Assembly: GCA_949358305.1 (NCBI GenBank)
Contig: OX442314.1
Location: forward strand, 25,668,001 to 25,732,000
Direction: 5' to 3'
DNA: 64,000 nucleotides
Source: Strigamia acuminata
Lineage: Eukaryota
Positions 13,257 through 23,954 of the stretch are shown piece by piece. The translations under genes and the position numbers were made by a program. Position 1 is the first letter of the stretch. Each line of letters begins with the position of its first letter. The notes beneath the pieces are model-generated. The model made no database searches and was not told the DNA's origin. It saw nothing but the letters and a program-made list of their open reading frames with translations.

Positions 13257-15080
13257 TGATGGAACAATGTTTTTACAAATTAACAATATATCTTTCTGTT
13301 GCTATGTAACTAAATGTTATCAATAAAAATGAAGATGAATGTGTGAATGTTCCCAAGTCTCCATTGCATGTTGGACTCTTCATAGGTTAAGAGCCCGAAC
13401 ACAAATTTCTTATGTTGGATATGGACTGTTTTTTGGCTAAATAATTAACTTACAGTACATATTGTGAGCAAGGTTGGAAATCTAAAGTTTTCATACAGTT
13501 TTAAATGTTCCATAAGAGTTAGGCCCTGAATTGTTTGGGTAATAAGCCTCATCCTGAACTGATAAAGTGATAAACCTCATACTCATTGCAAACCCAGAAC
13601 CAAGGTGTTTTGGCAGAGTTGAAAGTCCAATTAAAGACCGACTTGGCAAGAATCCAAATAAAATCTAGCAAGACAATTTTGGAATATATTGGGCGCACTA
13701 CAGCAGTAGCTCAGGAGCTCCAACCAATGGTAGTAGTAACTGTTATACCAGAACTTTGCTCACACATCCTGAAAGGATTGACTGCGGATTATATTAATTT
13801 TGCACGCAGCTGTGATGTGCTGGGGGTAAAAAAAAATAACAATTCAAGTCTTGAAATGTGCCTTATTGGCTGAGGACACAAAAAAGCCACAACAGCCAAC
13901 TTCAAATTTGGAGAACGCCAATTGGATACGAGGTGCAACCTCCTCTCAACGGGGCAAGGGTGACAGATCAGCCGGAGGTCAAACCCAACTCAAATGTTGA
14001 AATTGTGGGATCCCAGGCCATAGACAAGCGAAGTGTTGCTGCCCCCCAGCAGAGCCAAGACATTCAACCACTAACATCCGCAAACGTTGGGTCCCCAGAG
14101 GATGTGGATTATCTGGACCATCCACATCCAGGCAAGTAATAGATGTGGAGGATCAAATACCACAGTTCGCTCTTGTTGCAACGGACAGTAACCCTGCTCA
14201 AGTAGACAGGGAGAACAAACTTTTAATAGATCGAGAACAATTTGACCCTTGCATATGGTAAGACTTCACACAAGAGTGGAAACAGGAGTTTATTTACAAC
14301 ATTGGATAACTCATTCCCCAAGGTGGTTTCATTGGCTGATGGCAAAGATTAAAGCATCAGGAACTTGTGTAATGATGCTGAATATTTAGTTTGGTGATCA
14401 AGCCAGAGTACTCAAGTTGGAAGATACCTATTATGTGCCTGATTTGAGTGGTAATCTGCTATCAATTACCAGAATGACTGATTTGGGATATAAAGTGGCA
14501 TTTACCGCCAGTGGTTATACAGTTTCTACGATTGACAACGTGCAAGTGTTCCAAGCTTAATCCCATAGATGATTACAAACAAGAAACCTGAATGCACCTG
14601 CAATGGAGAAAAAAGCAGTAGTGATGGCTATTCAATCACAACCTCCATTGGCACCGCAGGTTGGCACACATAAACAATCGTGTCTTAAAAGATTTAATAA
14701 AGAAAAAGATGGTGATAGAGATGACAATTGACAAAGTTCATAAATGGAAATTGTGTGAGGAATGTGTGACAGCAAAGCACACCAGAAGCCAGTTTTTGCC
14801 TGCACCCTCAATCGGAGCCATGGGCCGCTACAGATGCTTCACGTAGAGCTTTGTTGTCTGATGCCACACCCTTCAATTGGAAGATCAGATTATATCATAT
14901 CTTCATGATCACAGATGACTACTCAAGGTGTTTATTCCCTCGTTTATTGTTGTCAAAGGTTGAGACTTCGCTAGTTTTTGAACAATTCATAGGTACACAC
15001 CAAAATAAGTTTGAAGCTTAAGTCAAGATGGTCCACTCAGATAATGGGACTGAATTTTAGAATCAGCAGCTCGGGGCAAT
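13257..15080 (+). mobile_element. Decayed, 3'-truncated Ty1/Copia retrotransposon
   Basis: Short TG..CA LTR 13257-13382, then GGTTAAGAGCCC (degenerate Copia PBS GGTTATGGGCCC). Broken zinc knuckle (C*NCGIPGHRQAKC), GAG-pre-integrase WHRRLAHIN...CEEC, integrase TDDYSR and HSDNGTEF; many stops and frameshifts. Confidence 0.85.
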
Positions 15081-15233
15081 TGTAGTTGGCACCAGTCGCC
15101 TCTATCCATTGCTGGTGCTGGTTTACATTCCCGCCAAAGTAGACTGTCCTCTTAAGACATAGTTCTAAGTAAAAAAAATAATTAAAAAGTGGGTAACCTT
15201 GGATTTTAGACCTAAAAAACATTGTTACGTTGC

Positions 15234-15307
15234 CAGGGCCGTTTCGACCTATGAGGCAAAGAGGCGGCCGCCTCAGGCGGCACACTGACAGGGACGGCAA
15301 TTTTGGC

Positions 15308-15350
<43 letters not shown>

Positions 15351-15467
15351 AAAAATATTTTCGAACGTATTCAGAAATAGGTTTTTTTGGGGGGGGGGGG
15401 AGGGGGGGGGGGTGGGCGGCATTTTTAATGCTCGCCTCACCACAGATATTTACTAGGAACGGCCCTG
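15234..15467. mobile_element. hAT-type MITE upstream of CYP-D
   Basis: TIR CAGGGCCGTT/AACGGCCCTG with a perfect 8-bp TSD TACGTTGC (15226-15233, 15468-15475). Absent from the paralogous upstream region near 13020. Confidence 0.9.
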
Positions 15468-15657
15468 TACGTTGCATAATAAAAACAATATCCTGTTGCA
15501 CACTAATCTAATATCTCCAGTTACTGTAATAATTGATAGCTATGAATACATGATAACTTAATTTTTTTTAAATTAAGAAAAATATTTAATATGACCAGGA
15601 ATTTATCATCAAGCAAGACAAACATAACAAGTCCACATCTATCAACTGACCATAATT

Positions 15658-16225
15658 ATGGACTTAACAATTTTCACCAATATTCTGTTTGAACACTACC
15701 AGACCATTATTCTGATTGCAATTATAACTACAATTCTATATTTTAAACCTCGAAAAAATTTACCATCAGGACCATGGGGATTGCCCATAGTAGGATATCT
15801 TCCTTTCTTGAAACAACCGGCTCATATAGGTCTCACAGAATTAGGAAAGAAATATGGTAATGTCATGAGGTAAACTTTAAATAAAATAAACCTTAACATT
15901 AAATAAACTTTTTAAAAAAAAATTTATTTGCAGTTATTACTCAGGGAGTGAGTTGGTGATAGTGTTGGGTGATTATAGCGCCATGAAAGAAGCATTTGTG
16001 AAGCAAGGAAATATATTTTCCGGAAAACCAAAAGCCAATGCTTTTCGATTCAATAAAACTGATAAAGGTGCAATTCTAGAATAAGCTTACTGAGTGATTA
16101 ACATGATTACGGTTTCAGGTATTATGATGGCAGAAGGCGAAATAGCAAGTCAACACCGTCGATTTATTGTATCAAGTCTAAGAGATTTTGGAATGGGGAC
16201 AACTAGTTTCGAGTCACGAATAATG
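15658..16225 (+). pseudogene. CYP-D copy 1, truncated after exon 3
   Basis: Exons 15658-15869, 15934-16067, 16119-16225. Intron 3 is replaced at 16443 by the LTR block and no exon 4 follows. Confidence 0.88.
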
Positions 16226-16442
16226 GTATTGACCTGTTGCCTCTACTTTAAAGAAACTTTGAAGTTTCGTAGCAATTAATTCAAAAATTTGATCAAAAAC
16301 AAACCTGGGTAATGCAAGATTCGAGGCACCTCTCAGTAAAAAAGAAAAAAGAAAAAGACGTGATAATTACCAAGTAAAGCCTCCTGATTCCGAAAATGAC
16401 ATTTAAAAGTGTCGGAAATGGTGGCTGTGCTCCCGCCATTGC

Positions 16443-18355
16443 TATGACGGTTTACAATGGCTATAAATGCCTATTTTCTATCAAGAAAGCGCTGTTGCGC
16501 CAATATGATGGTATTTTTACAATATTCTGTGTAAAACTGATAAATGTCTAGAATAAAGTCATTTATGATGTTTCAAATACAAAGATGTTCGTTTATTAAG
16601 AATAAACACTAATTTCCACATGATACTAAAGTATCACGGCATAATTACGAAGATTCGTCTGCTAAAACCCGCATTTGTCAATGCTCCATATTGCCACTAG
16701 ATGGCGCGATCGCAATTAGCGATAAATTCGAATACGAACTTGAAAACCTCATGATTAAATATAAACGTATATTTAATCAAGTGAATAAATTGTGTTAAAT
16801 ATTAATATAAATATATATTAAGTATCTGACATTGTTAAATACAATGTAACTTCCATTTCTGCGGGACAGAATGTTTAGCGATCAATCGGTCAACCGATCA
16901 ATCTGATTGGTGGAACCCATTTCCGGTCCTGGGTATCCAGTTCCGGTTGTAACAAGGATTAGCATAATTTGCATAAATGCTCCTCCGTATCCACTTCCGG
17001 TGATACGGGATTGGAGGGATTCGTGGAACCCATGTTCCAATTGGATGACTGGATTAATCCTTAAATCCAGTCAGGTTATATAAACCCAAACAATCGGCCA
17101 TTCCGCAGCTCTGTTTGATTATTTCTGTTTGGTATTGTTACTTAAGAAGTATGATTCGTTGTTCACGTAAAAAACCTTTTGGTTCTTTGTTGATTTATTC
17201 GCAAAGAACCGTTGCATGATTCTACAGAATCATGCCACCGCCGGCAATTGAAGTCGAAGTGCTGGGATTATTATGTTGCATAAATGTTACAGTCTACGGT
17301 TGCGACGCCGAAGGAGAACCCGCCGTTGTGCAATTCAGTATCCTCCGGACAGGACCAAGTTGTCTTTTTCGGTATGAACGTATTCCGTTACCACGAGTAG
17401 CATCGGTATTGTTGAGAATCGGTTCCTTCACCTGATGGTGCCAAAGCAGTCTGTTTTACAGTAACCACGAGTAGCACCAAGTGTTTGGCAAGCTGATTCT
17501 CATGGTATTCGATGCCAAAGCAGTCGGTCTATTATTAGTACCGCGAGAGATAAAACTGCTGTGCGGAGCCGCGAGCTATCGACCCCTGTGTACGTGGTAC
17601 CGTCAACCACTCGATGGACGACCGTGCTGCGACGCCGGGGACGCTTGATACCGTTCTGCATGGCAAGGCGTATATTCTAATCGATGGCAATTGTGTGTTG
17701 CGACGGGAAGCTTAATCTTCATTTTATTTATAACAGCAAAACTTAAACTCGACAACCAGTTGGACCAAAATCAAGTCAGAAGACTTAATCTCATATTGAA
17801 CTCAATATAACCGATAAGTTGACGACAACTTATTCCCGAAATATCTAAATAAGAATTCACAACGATATGAATTAAATATAATTCATAAGTGGAATATTGA
17901 TAAGTAAATGAATACATTTACTTACACCAATATCCTCCCAAAGTTGTGGCGGTGCAGACAAAGTCAACCGCAATGCTCAGATCATTCGATTTATCGACGT
18001 GCGATAGTTTACACAGCGAACCAAGGAAACCAGCGAAGCCGTATCGGACTCCAGGACACAGCCATCCGGCTTAAGATGACATCTATAATCAGGTCGAGCG
18101 ATGGGGAAACCGCTCCCATATTCCAGACCCGTAGTGATATTATTCTAGGGCCAGTTGGCCAATTCTTTGTATAGTTTAATAGCTGATTTAACTTGCCAAA
18201 TGTCGGCATTAGTCCTATGTATAATTTAGCCTTGATATTATTGTTTACCAACAATAAACTGTCTTGTATTTATCTCGTATTGTATTCACTGTTTATTTAT
18301 TGCGATCTCTTCCCGGTACCATTGTTAAATGGGAGTTGTGGTCGTCACCGTCACA
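16443..18355 (+). repeat. LTR 1 of the non-autonomous element (lacks the initial TG)
   Basis: Starts TATGACGG, ends CCGTCACA, followed by CG and the PBS. AATAAA near 18254. Confidence 0.85.
16693..16707 (+). promoter_or_regulatory. CTCF-type motif in LTR (also 24207-24221)
   Basis: GCCACTAGATGGCGC matches the bilaterian CTCF consensus. Binding is untested. Confidence 0.6.
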
Positions 18356-18960
18356 CGTGGAGGTCCCACCGAGATTAGGTTGCAATTAAATTCGATTGAA
18401 TTGCAACAGTGAATATTGGAGATAAATATTTAACTAAAAGATTTAAGTTAAAAATAGACAGATTAAATTTTCAGTTTATATTTCCATGTGAAGAAGTTAA
18501 ACTGATGAAATAGAAATACGTAGTAGATTTTCCTTCATTATTTTCGTTTGAAGATTTTAGGGATTTCAAAGACTACCACCTAATCTCACACGTGGAGGTC
18601 CCACCGAGATTAGGTTGCAATTAAATTCGATAGAATTGTAAAAGTGAATTTTGAGATAAATATTTAACTAAAAGATTTAGTTAAAAAACAGACAAGTTTC
18701 AAACCATGTTTATTTTCTTGAGAAACACCAAAACAGTCCTTTAACTAGGAATTTCGGAAGTTATAGACCTATCACACGATCACTGAAATAGGTTGCAAAT
18801 TAATTCGATCGAATTGCAAAAGCGAATCTTGAATCCGATATTAACTAAAAAATTTTAGTTAAAACAGACAAATAGATTTTCAGTTTATATTTTCATGTGA
18901 AAAGTTAAACTGACGAAATGGAAACGTTTAGTGAACTCTCTTTACTATTTTCGTTCGACA
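18351..18960 (+). repeat. 235-bp PBS-bearing tandem repeat: two PBS copies plus one degenerate unit
   Basis: TCACACG-PBS-TAGGTTGCAATTAAATTCGAT at 18351 and 18586. The degenerate unit at about 18772 lacks the PBS core. Confidence 0.9.
18358..18375 (+). other. Primer-binding site, tRNA-Gln (repeated at 18593, 25871, 26106, 26341)
   Basis: TGGAGGTCCCACCGAGAT is the 18-nt complement of the tRNA-Gln 3' end. Confidence 0.9.
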
Positions 18961-21530
18961 ATTTAAGGAATACGAAGTATTTTAAATAAGAAATCAAAAA
19001 AGTTTCGAGTGAAATAAGAATACAGATATTTTTTTCGAAGTTTGTTTTATTTCGAAAAGCTAAAAACATACAAGTTTAGAAGGCGGACTTCTTACGAATT
19101 TATCTTTCCACCTGAAAAGTTAAAACGAAGAAAACACCGCAACTATTTGGAAATATTTACAAGAAATTAAGTTTCTTGTAACTGTACGTCGACACCGATA
19201 GCCAGCGACCACGCGCCATAGCAATACGCGTCGATCTCCGTATCAAACGCAGCAGGGAAGCTACTCAAACCTTCAACGCAAGGTGCGAACGAATGCTTGG
19301 AAATTATGGCGGACAACAGATAAAAGACAGCGGAGAAATGTTACAGAAGGTTCGTAGAGATTTATTTAAGTGTCGCGAACTAATTTTTCCACTGCCATCG
19401 GTACCAAAGATAATTTAGTTGTTGGAGAAAAACAACACACTCCATTTCGCAGAAAAGATTTGCAAATCGAAATGAATATTACCTTTATTTGAAGGAATTA
19501 ACTATTTTCACAAAAAGTACATTTTTTCCTTCGGGACAATGGAAATTAAGAAAATATAAAATGGCGGCGAATGAAGTTGCCGACCACATAGAATAGTATT
19601 TTTTACATTGAAAGTTACGAATCACGATAAACGCTTTCCCTCGGAAAAGTAAAAGGATTTCATTCAATCTTTCCTTTCGGAAATTTAACAGTGTTTTAAG
19701 TTTCCAACGATATTTGGGTCTCCCAAATTTTGAGAATTTCTAAATGAAATTTAGCTGTTTGAAAAACAACGAATATTTTTAGTAATCTAATCGGACATTT
19801 TCCCACATGATTTCTTAAAACCGGAATAACAAATCCATTTGTGGCTATGAACTTTGCCACATGAAATATTTACGGAGCGAATATTTTTTAATTGGATTGA
19901 AGCTTTAAAATCAGATAGCTGATTTAAACGAAGAAAATAAGTTTCAAAGTAATTATTTTTCTTTCGGAAAAATCAAATAAATCACCGCTGATGAAAAGTT
20001 GTATTTTTCCATTCGAAAAAACTAAGAATTGCACAAGATTTATCTTCTATTTTGAACATAGATTTTATTCGGAAAAGGAAAGATTCTAGATACATTATTT
20101 TTCTCTAAAAATTAAGAATTTAGTCAATTTTCCTAAAGGTTAATGGAATGTCATCATATATTTCGTTCGTAATTTACGTGTTAAAGTTTAATCAGAAAAA
20201 CGATTGAATATGTTTTATTTGCGATAAGTAAAAGAAAGGTTCTTTAAAAATGGAATTTCGATGCAAATCCCACAGTAAAGGGAATGTTATGTGTGAGCAA
20301 TTAACGAAAAGTTGGAATAACTTCATTTTATTTCATTCAAAAGTAGTTGTGAAAAATCAATTTCAAATATTTTTCAAAGAAAAATTATTTTTATCGGAAA
20401 AAAGTAATTTACATGTCCTCGCGCGGACCGAGTAGTAAACTGCTTAATTGTGACATCGATACTGTTATTGTGTCACGTGTTATACGGAATTCCAAACCAG
20501 TGAATTACGAATTTTGGCGCGATAGGAATAGAAGTTTGACAGTGAAAGTTCTCCAGATTTGTCTTTTCATTTGAAAAGTTCAAATTGAGGAAATGCTGCA
20601 GCAGATGAAGGTATTTACGACAATTGAGATTTAAATATTCTTTCATTCAAAAGATAAAAGATCTCTGCAAAAACATCTCGTTATTAGAGATAAGGGGGAC
20701 GAAAATTATTAAAACGAATAATCAAAGACACGTCCTTCGTAAATATCGCAAAGGAATAACTAATTGTGAAAACAATTGTCCGCTCAGGAAAAGTGGAATT
20801 TAGCTAGATATTTTCTTTCGAAAAATCAAAGCAATTGTCATCAAAAAAGAAAGATTTGATGAATAATTTTTACCCAAAAGTCTAAAGGATTGTCGAATAG
20901 TTTTCTCCCGAAAAACAAGTACACATTTGTACCAATAACTTTATCGTTTAAAGTAAAATTTCGAATATTTTCTTTTGGAAGATTAGAGAATTAGATAATT
21001 TTTCTCGCAAAACAAATTTAAAGAATTTTAACGAATTTTTATTTGTTAAAAAAATTTGTTAAAAAAGGGGGAGATGGATGGTGAAAATTTATTTTTTCAC
21101 ACTCGAAAAATGGAATTTAAACCCGAAAAAGTAAAGACTTGGTCAAATTATTCTTCCTATTGGAAATGAATACACAATGTTGGGAATCGAAAATAGATTT
21201 CAATTACAAAGGAATGATTATTTGAACGATAATTGAATAAGAATAAGAAAAATTGAGAGTTTGAGAAAACTTTATTAAAGTTGTGGTTGTAACGATATCA
21301 CACACTAACGGAATAATTAAAAGAAAAATATTTTTTGAAGAAAAGTTATTTAATTATTTGGATTGGTAAAAATCCCAAAGTTCAAGAAGATTGAAGTAAG
21401 TTTATTTTATTTTCATTTGAAAAATACAATATTTTACGAATGTCTTCCCGAAGGAATTTTATTTTATCGGTAAAATTGAATCTCGAAGGGAACGGACTTA
21501 GTAGAGAACTACTAAATAGATGTAACGTCC

Positions 21531-21670
21531 TTTATACCATTGGCCGACACTAACATCCGCCAATCAGAAGTTGGGAGATCTAGGGATCCCCAGCCCCCTG
21601 CTATTAAAGGAGGACCAGATCAGATACTGATCATTCGCATCCAGACCAGACCAGAAGACGTGTTCCAGAG
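21531..21670 (+). promoter_or_regulatory. Putative internal Pol II promoter for the orphan ORF (also about 29281-29420)
   Basis: ATTGG/CCAAT boxes at 21539 and 21560, TATTAAA at 21602, Inr-like TCATTC at 21631 (A is 31 nt after the TATA start). GC-richer island about 250 bp before the ATG. Confidence 0.55.
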
Positions 21671-21879
21671 TCATCTTGACCACGCCGTCCCGATTTCAGT
21701 CACGATTCGAATTTTGTGTGCCGTGTAACCTGCAAAAGCTAACACGTGTCAAACAAACGCGAAGTTTAATTTTATTTTGTCAAAAGTAAAGTTTAGAAGT
21801 GTTTCTTGTTGAAAAGTGTATTATATTCGTCTTCTTTATAAATTAAAGAATTAAAATCGTCAGATTTTGAATTTTTTTT

Positions 21880-23361
21880 ATGGCTCAAAAACCATTGAAT
21901 ATGATCGATCCAAAAGGAAATAATAAGCAGACAAACTTAAATTTAAGTTCTGTACCACTTGGCGATCAAACAGAAAAGATTCCCGATCATTTTACTCTGT
22001 ATTGTAATCGTCATGGACTGGATAAAACCAAGTTTAAAAATATAATCGAAGCTTCAGACTATGTAAAAGCTAGGAACTGGCGAGATCGTACCCAATCTCA
22101 ATCTTCACATCAAGATCCAGTACGGAATCCACAAACATACAGCCGAAACTTAGTGAATCAAGATTCTCATACTATGTTTCAAACATCCAGTAGGGGATCT
22201 AAGTTAGAAAAGTTTAAACCACCTAATTCGGTAGATAAGGGGGAAGAGAATTATAAACCTAATAATTCTCATCCAGAGAGTTCGTTAACTAACCAGTCGG
22301 TTGTTCAGAACAAATTAAAACTCGTTTACAATCGAGATCAGCTAATTTCAGTTCGATATGCTAATCCAGCTGAAGCACAACGATATGTGGCTAGCCTTAA
22401 TCTGTCGATTAACCTACCGCTATCAAAAGAATTGGGAACCGTAAACAAAAGTTTTGGGCCACCAATATCAACGCAAAGGAAAGATATTCGGACTCCAAAC
22501 AAACATTTGCAGTCAAATAACGTACAACAACGTGCCCGATCGCCGATCACAAACTCATGTTTGCGGACGTATGATTTGTCTACCAAGAAGAGTCCCCAGC
22601 CAAGACAATTCTACCTAACGCCCATTTCAAATCGAAAAAAAGTCAAGCAAACTTTTCCCTTGAAAAAGTATTACCAACACGATAATGAGAATGATTTTAA
22701 ACCTAAAAAAGAAAGTTTTTTGACTAACCCACGGGAGATCCGGTATCAATTCGAACAGTATTGTAAACAATACCAGTTAAATTCAGCTGAATTTAAAAAT
22801 ATAAACGAAGCGCAACAATTCGTATTTCGAAATCAATACCGTAACCAACGACTAAAACCCGTCCCAGTCGTCAATCTGACGGAGATACAACAATTTGCGT
22901 CTGGAAAGCAACCCTGCAATATCCAGAATAATTCATCTCAACGAGAGGAATTAAGAACTTCAAAAAAGCGTTTTCGGTCACCAAGTCCAGCTGGTGATGA
23001 AGAAACTTCAAATACAAACCAACATGTTCAAAAACTGACTGAAAACCCAGGTTTCCAATCATCAGTTCCACGACTTAGAGTCAAATATAGATCCCCTCGT
23101 TTGTTGCGGGATTTCACAATTCCAAATATGGGTCCTTTCCACGTATGGTTTTCCAATGAGGGTCCCATTCATGTATGGTTTTCCAGAGATGACCTAAAAC
23201 AAAAAGTTGGGTCGTCACGGTCATTTACACTGCCAAGTCAGTACACTGTATGTAACTGCCCAAAGGAAAAACGTCGAAAGAAATCAGTACAGCAGGCTGA
23301 GAGATCTCGGAAATTCGCAAATATGCGAGCTCAATATTTAGCAAAGAATCATGTTGATTAA
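21880..23361 (+). CDS. Orphan 493-aa basic, K/N/Q/S-rich protein carried by the non-autonomous LTR element
   Basis: Long ATG ORF in very AT-rich surroundings, open in both units. No gag, protease, RT, integrase or env motifs recognised. Confidence 0.75.
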   Translation: MAQKPLNMIDPKGNNKQTNLNLSSVPLGDQTEKIPDHFTLYCNRHGLDKTKFKNIIEASDYVKARNWRDRTQSQSSHQDPVRNPQTYSRNLVNQDSHTMFQTSSRGSKLEKFKPPNSVDKGEENYKPNNSHPESSLTNQSVVQNKLKLVYNRDQLISVRYANPAEAQRYVASLNLSINLPLSKELGTVNKSFGPPISTQRKDIRTPNKHLQSNNVQQRARSPITNSCLRTYDLSTKKSPQPRQFYLTPISNRKKVKQTFPLKKYYQHDNENDFKPKKESFLTNPREIRYQFEQYCKQYQLNSAEFKNINEAQQFVFRNQYRNQRLKPVPVVNLTEIQQFASGKQPCNIQNNSSQREELRTSKKRFRSPSPAGDEETSNTNQHVQKLTENPGFQSSVPRLRVKYRSPRLLRDFTIPNMGPFHVWFSNEGPIHVWFSRDDLKQKVGSSRSFTLPSQYTVCNCPKEKRRKKSVQQAERSRKFANMRAQYLAKNHVD

Positions 23362-23954
23362 CATGATATGATACACAAAGATTCCCCGATTATAGTGTAA
23401 ACAGAAAATCCTCTTCTAAAAATCATGACCTCTCTTCTAAAGAAAAGGGGGACAAAATATAAAGTTAAAATTAACAATTCTCGAAAAGTAATATTACAGT
23501 ATTAAAAGACAACTAGTTTAAATTAAAATTAGTCAATTGTACAAAGAATACCAAGTGACTCCGGTCATGACAATTAAGGGGGACATTTTGATTCTTAAAT
23601 TGTCAACTCTTATCATCTAAAAGCTATTTATTGTATATTTATAGCGATACATCTGACTAGGCATATGAAATAAATATTTTGTGATAACACAAATGATGAT
23701 TTTATGTATGACGAAAGTTTCTTCAAAAAGAAGACTTGGAAATAAATTCTGGACTTGAATTTAGGCTATTAGAAAAGATTATTTCGGCAGAAAATCAGAA
23801 CTTAGATAATTCAAGTTAGTTTATGTAAACTCAAATTCGAAATTGGAAGTCACGGTATCTCCAAGATACATCAAGTCCGAAAATAGCATTTATGCTAATT
23901 AGGAGAATAACGAAAACTCTATAAAATATTATATAGTTGTGTTATTAAGGGGGA

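Larger units (their letters stand above)
1..16443 (+). repeat. Segmental duplication, copy 1 (CYP cluster; left end lies outside the window)
   Basis: Sequence and ORFs recur at offset +33723 up to about 8549, then at +46598/+46599. Identity ends at ...CCCGCCATTGCT (16443 / 63042). Confidence 0.97.

Noticed and set aside
15309..15412. Poly-A/poly-G runs as a retroposon tail or functional G-quadruplex
   Set aside because: They lie inside a TIR/TSD-bounded MITE. The 1-nt difference between copies is probably a homopolymer error.
18358..18375. tRNA-Gln gene on the minus strand (likewise tRNA-Pro at 43096)
   Set aside because: Only about 18-20 nt match, including the CCA complement, and there is no cloverleaf. 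The position next to an LTR defines a PBS.
17232..21728. 60-88 aa ORFs in the non-autonomous element
   Set aside because: Short, without motifs, and repeated only because the unit is duplicated.
21990..22830. Orphan repeat as an RNase H1 hybrid-binding (viroplasmin) domain
   Set aside because: Only the KF....EA..[YF]V tail resembles it; Cys spacing and the N-terminal strands do not fit.
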